Positions 56,700-64,000 of a stretch of DNA of 64,000 bases are shown one piece after another (the stretch's first letter is position 1; every line of letters starts with the position of its first letter). The notes under the pieces were generated by a model. The model saw only the letters and a program-made list of their open reading frames with translations. It made no database searches and was not told where the DNA came from. The DNA comes from the human T2T-CHM13v2.0 reference genome, Homo sapiens, in contig CP068257.2 in NCBI GenBank assembly GCA_009914755.4, forward strand, positions 36,864,001 through 36,928,000, written 5' to 3'. A program made the position numbers and the translations under genes.

Positions 56700-58165
56700 C
56701 CTTGAAAGTTCTGGGGTCTAAGATATACAGGCCAATGGAATAGAATAGAGACTTCAGAAATAAACTATTGCATATATGGTCTGATAACTTTTGAAAGTGG
56801 TTCAAAGATCATTTAATGAGAAAAAAAGGAGTCTTTTCAACAACTGGTGTTGGGAAAACTGGGTATACATATGCAAAAGAAAAAAGTTGGGCTCTTACCT
56901 TATACTATATACAAAAATTAACTCAAAATAGAACAAAGACCAAAAAATAAAAGCTAAAACTCTAAAATTCTTATGAGAAAACTCTAAAATGCTTAGGGAA
57001 TAACTTCATAACACTGGATTTCACAAGCCTGTCTTGAATATGACACCAAAAGCACAGGCAACATAAATAAAAGAGACAAATTTGCCTGCACTAAAATTAA
57101 ACACTTTTGTGAATCAAACAAGCTATCAACAAAGTCAAAAGACATCCTATAAAATAAGAGAAAATATCTGAAAATAATTTATCTAATAAGGGATTAATAT
57201 CCAGAAAAAAAAATATATATATGTATATAACCTACAACTCAACAACAACAACAAAAACAACCCAATTTAAAAATGGGCAAAGGACTTGAACAGAATTTTT
57301 TCCAAAGATAACACTAATGGCCAATAAGTACATGAAATTATGCTCAACATCACTAATCATTGGGAAAATGCAACTCAAATCCACAATGAAATACTTCGTA
57401 GCCATTAGTATGACTATTACCAAAAAATCAGAAAATTACAAGTGCTGGTGGAGATATGGAAAAGTTGCAAATCTTATGCACTGGTGGTGGGAGAGTAAAA
57501 TGGGAAAGTCACTATAAAAAACAGTCTAGTGATTCAAAAATTAAAAATAGAATTAACATATGATTCACCAATTCCGCATGAAGATAGCAGGAAATTGAAC
57601 TGATATTTGCACATCCATGTTCATAGCAGCATTATTTACAATAACCAAAAGGTGGAGGCAACCCAAGTGTCCATCCACAGATGAGTGGATAAACAAAATG
57701 TGATATACACATATCATGGGATATCTTCAGCCTTAGAAAAGGAGAGAAATTCTGACATATGCTATAACACAGATGGACCTTTGGAAAGTTAAGAGATTGT
57801 CTTATTTATCTTACGCTAAGAGAAATAAGCCATCCACAAAAGGACAAATGCTGTACGATTCCACTTGTGTGAGTTACCTAGGGCAGTCAAATTCACAGAA
57901 ACAGAAAGTAAAATGATGGTTTCCAGGGGCTGAGAGAAGGGTAGAATGGAAAGCTATTGTTTAATGGGTTGGAGTGTCAGTGTAAGAAAATGAAAAAAGT
58001 TCTGGAGATGGATGATGGTGAGTTTTGCACCACAATGTGAATGTATTTAATACCACTCAACTGTACACTAAAAAATGGTTAGGATGATAAATTTTATGTA
58101 TATTTTACTATAACAAAAAGTCATAAAAATCAAACATGGTTCTTCTCATTAAAAAAAAAAGAAGA
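56700..58165 (+). mobile_element. LINE-1 (old L1M/L1PB-type) 3' portion, ORF2 C-terminal third plus 3'UTR and A-tail
   Basis: 'caggccaatggaatagaatagagacttcagaaataaactattgcatatatggtctgataacttttgaaagtggttcaaagatcatttaatgagaaaaaaaggagtcttttcaacaactggtgttgggaaaactgggtatacatatgcaaaag' corresponds to ORF2 '[26 protein letters not shown]...SLFNKWCWENWISTCKR'. The 57317-57517 ORF 'MANKYMKLCSTSLIIGKMQLKSTMKYFVAISMTITKKSENYKCWWRYGKVANLMHWWWE' is the ORF2 C-terminus. The 3'UTR ends 'ctgtacactaaaaaatggttaggatgataaattttatgtatattttactataacaaaaag...ttaaaaaaaaaag'. Confidence 0.85.
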
Positions 58166-59660
58166 TTCCTGGGTCTAGTTGGTTCTCCCTCCTTCTTAGT
58201 TCTTGGATCAAGGAGATAGAATTGTGTCCAAAGTGACCAAGTGACCTACGGAGTAATGGGCTTCCATCTAGCCACTCCCTGCTTTATGACTGAGCTGCAC
58301 TGGGAGAGGCATTGTCAGGGGAAATTCCAGGTTTCTAGAATTGGTATCTAGCCAGAATTTGTCCCAGGGCTAAGTGGCTAAGGCAGTGAACTAGTCTGTC
58401 AGCTTCTCTGTTTTAAATGGAGTCATGTAATTCCATTACATACCCTTTGCTTTCAACTATATGGCCAAACATGACTGGCCAGCAGGCTGGGGGACAGAAG
58501 ACATGTGGGCTTGTGCTTGTTATCTGGAATTGAAAAGAGCTCTTGGCATGGTTCTTGTTCAAGCTCCATGGTTGACTAGCACATGACCACCAAGAGAGCT
58601 ACTGTACTTCTCCGAGACTCATTTTCTCTTCTGTAAAAAATGACTGAGTTTCTTTCACAGTGCATAAATCTTTTCCTCCAGGAACAGAGACTGCCCAGGG
58701 CCTGTCCAAGACAACTAGGAAACCAGAGCAGCAGTTAAGCCATTCCTGGGCAGGAATAAATGAGCAGATGTCAGCTCTCAGAATCTCAGTTTTCTCACTC
58801 ATAAAATGGAAAAGAATACTATTTCTTTTATGTCATTCACCATATTGTGAGCTGAAGGCACTTTAACGATGCTGAGGCTGTAAACTAATGCATAATGTGA
58901 TGTTTATCATTCTTCACCTATGTTTTAGTTACTGAGCATCTCCTGACACCAGAGAGGACGCAACAAAAATCACAACTCCTAGAACTGCACAGTCTAAATG
59001 GCAACCACTAGCCCCTGTGACAACTGATCACTTGAAAAGTGAGTAGTCCAAATTAAGATGTGCTGTAGGTGCAAAATATATGCTGGATTTGGAAGATGTT
59101 CTATGAAAAAAGTATCTCATTAGTCATTTTTATATTGATTACATATTAAAAAGATTCCATTTTGGCTATGCTGGACTCTTCAGATATATCCTGGGAGATT
59201 GTATTAAAAGAAAATACATGATGGAAATTAGTGTAGGTAGTTACTAGAAAATGTAAAATTACATGATTCACATCCTATGTTCACTGTTCTAGACATATAA
59301 ATATAACTTTGAGTTATTTTTAAGCATGAGAAGACAGAAATCGACGAATAAAGTGAAAAAGCTAAAGATTAAAGATACTTACAAATCATTGTTGTATTTT
59401 TTAAGAGGTCATTTTGAGCATATTCCTTACCATTGAAGCCCCTGCCTGTCTGGCTCCTCTGCCCACCTTGTTTTGCTAATGGGTCATGCTCCTATATGTG
59501 CATAGACGAGGAGCGGCTCTCAGGGACTGACCGTAAGCATAGTCAGCACAGCACGTATACCCATGCTCTGACCCCAGGTTGGCGTCTTGGAGGGTGAAGC
59601 ATTTTCCCAGTCCTTCTTTGACTCATCACAGAGGTATAAAACAGCGTCTCCAACACGTGA

Positions 59661-59956
<296 letters not shown>

Positions 59957-61532
59957 TTAAAAGAAAAAAAATATTCAAACATATTTGGTTTCTTATTGAG
60001 GTGAAGTTCACATAACATGAAACTAACAGTTTTAAAGTGAACAATTCAGTAGCATTTAATTAACAATGTTGTCCAACCAACACCTCTGTCTAGTTCCAAA
60101 CATTTTTGTCACCCCAAAAGGAAACCACGTGCTCAGAAGGCAGTCACTCCACATCACCCCTCTTCCTAGTCCTATGCTTTGCACACAACTGACTCACCCT
60201 GACAGTTATAACCTAAAAGTTAAATAAAATTATTAGTAAACTGCAAACCCCTGGCAAGTGAATTACTTAATATCTCTTAAAATCCTGACATCAAATGATT
60301 CCCCTGTAAGGCCATGAGATGATAAGAACATCCACCTCCCTCTCTTGCTCCAGTGGAATGAAACCCCCTCCTCAAGGAGGGTTACACTCAGGCATAGGCC
60401 CGATCACTCATCATATATTGACAGATGTGCAGGCCTGAGACCCCGCCTTCTGGAGCTTTCTAATGCTCCTTGTTTCTCAATCCAATCCTTGCTAGGAATT
60501 AGGCTCTTCTGCTGAATGTAAAATTTTTCCATCTGCCTCCATAAAGTATGTGCCACCTGTCAGCTGACTGGTCAACCCCAAGCTCAAAGTATATGGACAT
60601 TTTGGGGGTGACAATGGTGGGCATACATCTTTAGCAAAGATTAAGAAGGTACCAGAGGAGGACCAGCACAACCCAGCAATGCAGCAGAATCCATCAGGAA
60701 AGCTTTGGCTCTGGGTGGAGCTCCTTGCTTTAGCTCTGCCTTTGAGCGCTTGGGTGGCTGGGGAGGCACTGGGGTGGAAGGGAAGGAAGCAGGAATTCTT
60801 GCGCTGCAAATTTCACTACACTTGACCACAACTTGGAGTGGAAAGGGCACTGTGGTGCGTCTATCTGGCCTTCCTTTACAAGCCTTAAAATGCTGTGGAA
60901 TCCATCTGGATGGAAGACGCCATCCAATTATAAATCCTTAGGATACTTTTTATTGCCCTTTAAGAGTTCTGATGCTTGCTCTTCCATACCCATATGTTTC
61001 TGCTTAAGAGGCTTCATTCAAATCAAATTGGAAGAGAAGTCCAGATTACCCAACTACAATTACCTGAGCAAAAATCCCCTCAATTATCTTGGTAATCCAG
61101 ATAAATTCGGAGTACAAAGGTGAGTTGCCTGGATAGCACTGGCTAAGAACTGCTTTGTCTCCCATTTCACCTTGCATTATTATAATCTACTTGATTACAC
61201 TTCATTTATAACAATAGGGAGGGCTTGTTTTATGCCACACATTGCCACTTGCTCAAGTGTAAAATAAACCTTAAATGACTGATGTACTGCTAAATTTATC
61301 TCAAAAAACAATCATAACAGGAATCTTAAGGCAATAAAGTCAAACAAATAGAATTTTACAGAATTTAAAAATTATTTTGTGAGTGATTTATGCTAAAATA
61401 CCTCAAATTTATTTCAAAAACAGTCTTACTTAAAACTGACTTAAAATATATGTAGGATAAATAATCTGTAGTGAATTTAACGAAACTTCAGCAATTCAAA
61501 TGAATGCACGTTATTCTTCTTAAAAACAGATA

Positions 61533-61706
61533 TCCTGAAAATATCCATCAGGATAAATAGCTAATGCATGTGTGGCCTAATATCTAGGTGATGGGTTGAT
61601 AGGTGCAGGGAACCACCATGGCACATGTTTACCTGTGTAACAAACCTGCACATCCGGCACATATATCCTGGAACATAAAATTAAATTAAATTAAATTTTT
61701 AAAAAG
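61533..61706 (+). mobile_element. Short 5'-truncated L1 3'-end fragment (L1P/L1PA-like) with a probable imperfect TSD
   Basis: 'ctaatgcatgtgtggcctaatatctaggtgatgggttgataggtgcagggaaccaccatggcacatgtttacctgtgtaacaaacctgcacatccggcacatatatcctggaacataaaattaaattaaattaaatttttaaaaag' matches the primate L1 3' terminus. The flanks are 'aaaaacagatat' and 'aaaaagcagatat'. Confidence 0.8.
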
Positions 61707-61760
61707 CAGATATTTGGAAAGTACCAATAGCTTCAAAGTAAAAATACTCTATACACTGTT

Positions 61761-62059
61761 TTTGTTTGTTTGTTTATTTTCGTTTTTGTTTTTCTTTTTT
61801 GAGATGGAGTCTCGCTCTGTTGCCCAGGCTGGAGTGCAGTGGCGTGTTCTCAGCTTACCACAACCTCTGCCTCCTGGGTTCAAGTGATTCTCCTGACTTG
61901 GCCGTGCCACCATGCCCAGCTAATTTTTTTACATTTTTGGTAGAGATGATGGGGTTTCACTGTGTTGGCCAGGCTGGTCTCGAACTCCTGACCTCGTGAT
62001 CCACCCGCCTCAGCCTCCCAAAGTGCTGGGATTACAGGCGTGAGTCACCGCGCCTGGCC
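61761..62059 (-). mobile_element. Alu SINE with a (TTTG/TTTTG)n-degenerated tail and an internal ~30-bp deletion in the right arm
   Basis: 'tttgtttgtttgtttattttcgtttttgtttttcttttttgagatggagtctcgctctgttgcccaggctggagtgcagtggcgtgttctcagcttaccacaacctctgcctcctgggttcaagtgattctcctgacttggccgtgccaccatgcccagctaatttttttacatttttggtagagatgatggggtttcactgtgttggccaggctggtctcgaactcctgacctcgtgatccacccgcctcagcctcccaaagtgctgggattacaggcgtgagtcaccgcgcctggcc'. The TSD 'ctatacactgtt'/'ctatgcactgtt' has one mismatch. Confidence 0.95.
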
Positions 62060-63455
62060 TATGCACTGTTAATTTTATCACGACAGTTATAAATCCATCA
62101 AGATGTCCTGTGATTTTTCAACACAAATTACTCAAATTATGAACTTCTCTGTGTGCATTTTCCACTGGCTTGTTTATGAATCCTGCTGATATGTCTGCTA
62201 CAATTTCTCCAAAGGCTAAAAGATGTTTACAGGACAAATGACATCATGACCATGTCAGGCTTAAATGTGTTTATATCAGTTGGGTTTAGAGGGTCTTCAA
62301 AACATGGCTTTAAAATCTCAGTTATTATGGAGCTTAATGTGTTCCTGATGTTTCTGGAGTCATGTATTTCTAAAAATAGAGAAATAGATTGGTTAAAAGA
62401 AAATGAATTGTTGGTCTAATCTGTCTTATGCATGGCTAACGAAATGCATTTTCACTCTCTTCCGTGATAATACGACACTTAAAACTGTGAGGACCAATGG
62501 GGTGATAAGAGACAAAATAAACAGTAAATAGATACTCCATGTGAGTTACTACTCTGTAATAGATAGAAAAGATATTTTATAGAAAAGGGAAAATACCCAC
62601 AGACATATAAGCAATGTCCTGTGGTTGCTATCAAATTTACTGTTAGCTGTTTAAAACTGCCTTAAAGGTTTTTTAAATGTGTCTTTTCTACCATAGATTC
62701 TTTAGACGACAGCCATCAAGCAGCAAATACCTCGCAGGAGGCCATTGTGTTTCTATTTGAACTTCTATGGATGTCAAGCTCTGTTCTTCAAAATTTAGCC
62801 CTACAGATGGGTGGCCCACCGGAGAGAATTAATCTCACTATGCAGCCAACACTACCCTTTCTGGATCTTTCCCCAGTAGTGTGGATTCTGCTCTAGTCCA
62901 GAATTATGCAGAATAAGTATACTTCATCTTAGACACCATAATTCTTCAAATATCTAAAATGTATATTATGCTCTCCAAATCCTGGTCATCTCCAGGTTAA
63001 GTATCTCTCAAAAACAGTCCATCAGATAATATGATTTTAAATCTTTATCCCCTTGGTCATATACCCACAATCTCATTCTATTTACCAATATCCCTACTGA
63101 TGTATAAACTACATATGTATATGTGTGTTTTTTTTTAAAAAAAAAAAAGCAATTCCACTGTAATTTTAGCAGAGGTTATTTCCACATAGAGCTATGTATA
63201 TGTGTATATACACATATCTTTATATTATATAGTTTTCTGTGCTTTCCCAGTTATCTACAATGGGCATATATGACTTTTATAGCCAGGTAATTCAATATTC
63301 ATTCATTCAGTGAACATCATTGAGCATCCACTATGGGCTGGGAAGTGAGGATGGAGCCACAAACAAGCAAAATAAAAACCCCTGCTCTTGTGGAGTTCCC
63401 TTCTCATTGGAAGAGACGTACAGTAAAGAAAAAAATAAAAGAGTAAAGTTAATAG

Positions 63456-63815
<360 letters not shown>

Positions 63816-64000
63816 TGGGGAACACTATTGAATAGTGTGGTCAGGGAAGGCTTTACTGTGAAGGTGATGAAGACCCAAAGAAAGTGAGGAACTAAGTCAT
63901 AAATGATGGGTAGAACATTCCGGATTGCGGGAGCAGCAAGTGCAAAGGCCCTGGGGTGAGGAATACCAAGAATGTTTGTGTGGGCAGAGCAGAAAGAACC

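Overview
This window is primate (human-type) nuclear genomic DNA, not a prokaryotic or phage locus. It is AT-rich and dominated by interspersed repeats. I count about 16 Alu SINEs in both orientations, several with intact poly-A tails and flanking target-site duplications (TSDs). There are also at least seven old, 5'-truncated LINE-1 fragments, including a cluster of three consecutive + strand L1 ORF2 pieces at about 33.4-39.6 kb, three MIR elements, and many simple-sequence tracts. The tracts include a roughly 630-bp compound AC-rich repeat, a roughly 210-bp polypurine tract, and (TATC)n, (TGAA)n and (GT)n runs. Every ORF longer than about 100 aa in the supplied six-frame track falls inside a repeat (Alu, L1 ORF2 remnants, the AC-rich tract, the GA tract). 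I call no protein-coding gene, no rRNA or tRNA, no CRISPR array and no operon-like system. There is no evidence here of a novel defence, mobile or biosynthetic system. What is worth a second look is typical of a human gene-poor region: young-looking AluY insertions, nested insertions that give a relative chronology, an inverted Alu pair, unusual structure-forming repeats, an unclassified local direct repeat, a CpG-enriched unique segment and one speculative exon-like segment. All calls rest on my recall of the Alu, L1 and MIR consensus sequences. No database search was possible, so subfamily assignments and exact boundaries are approximate.
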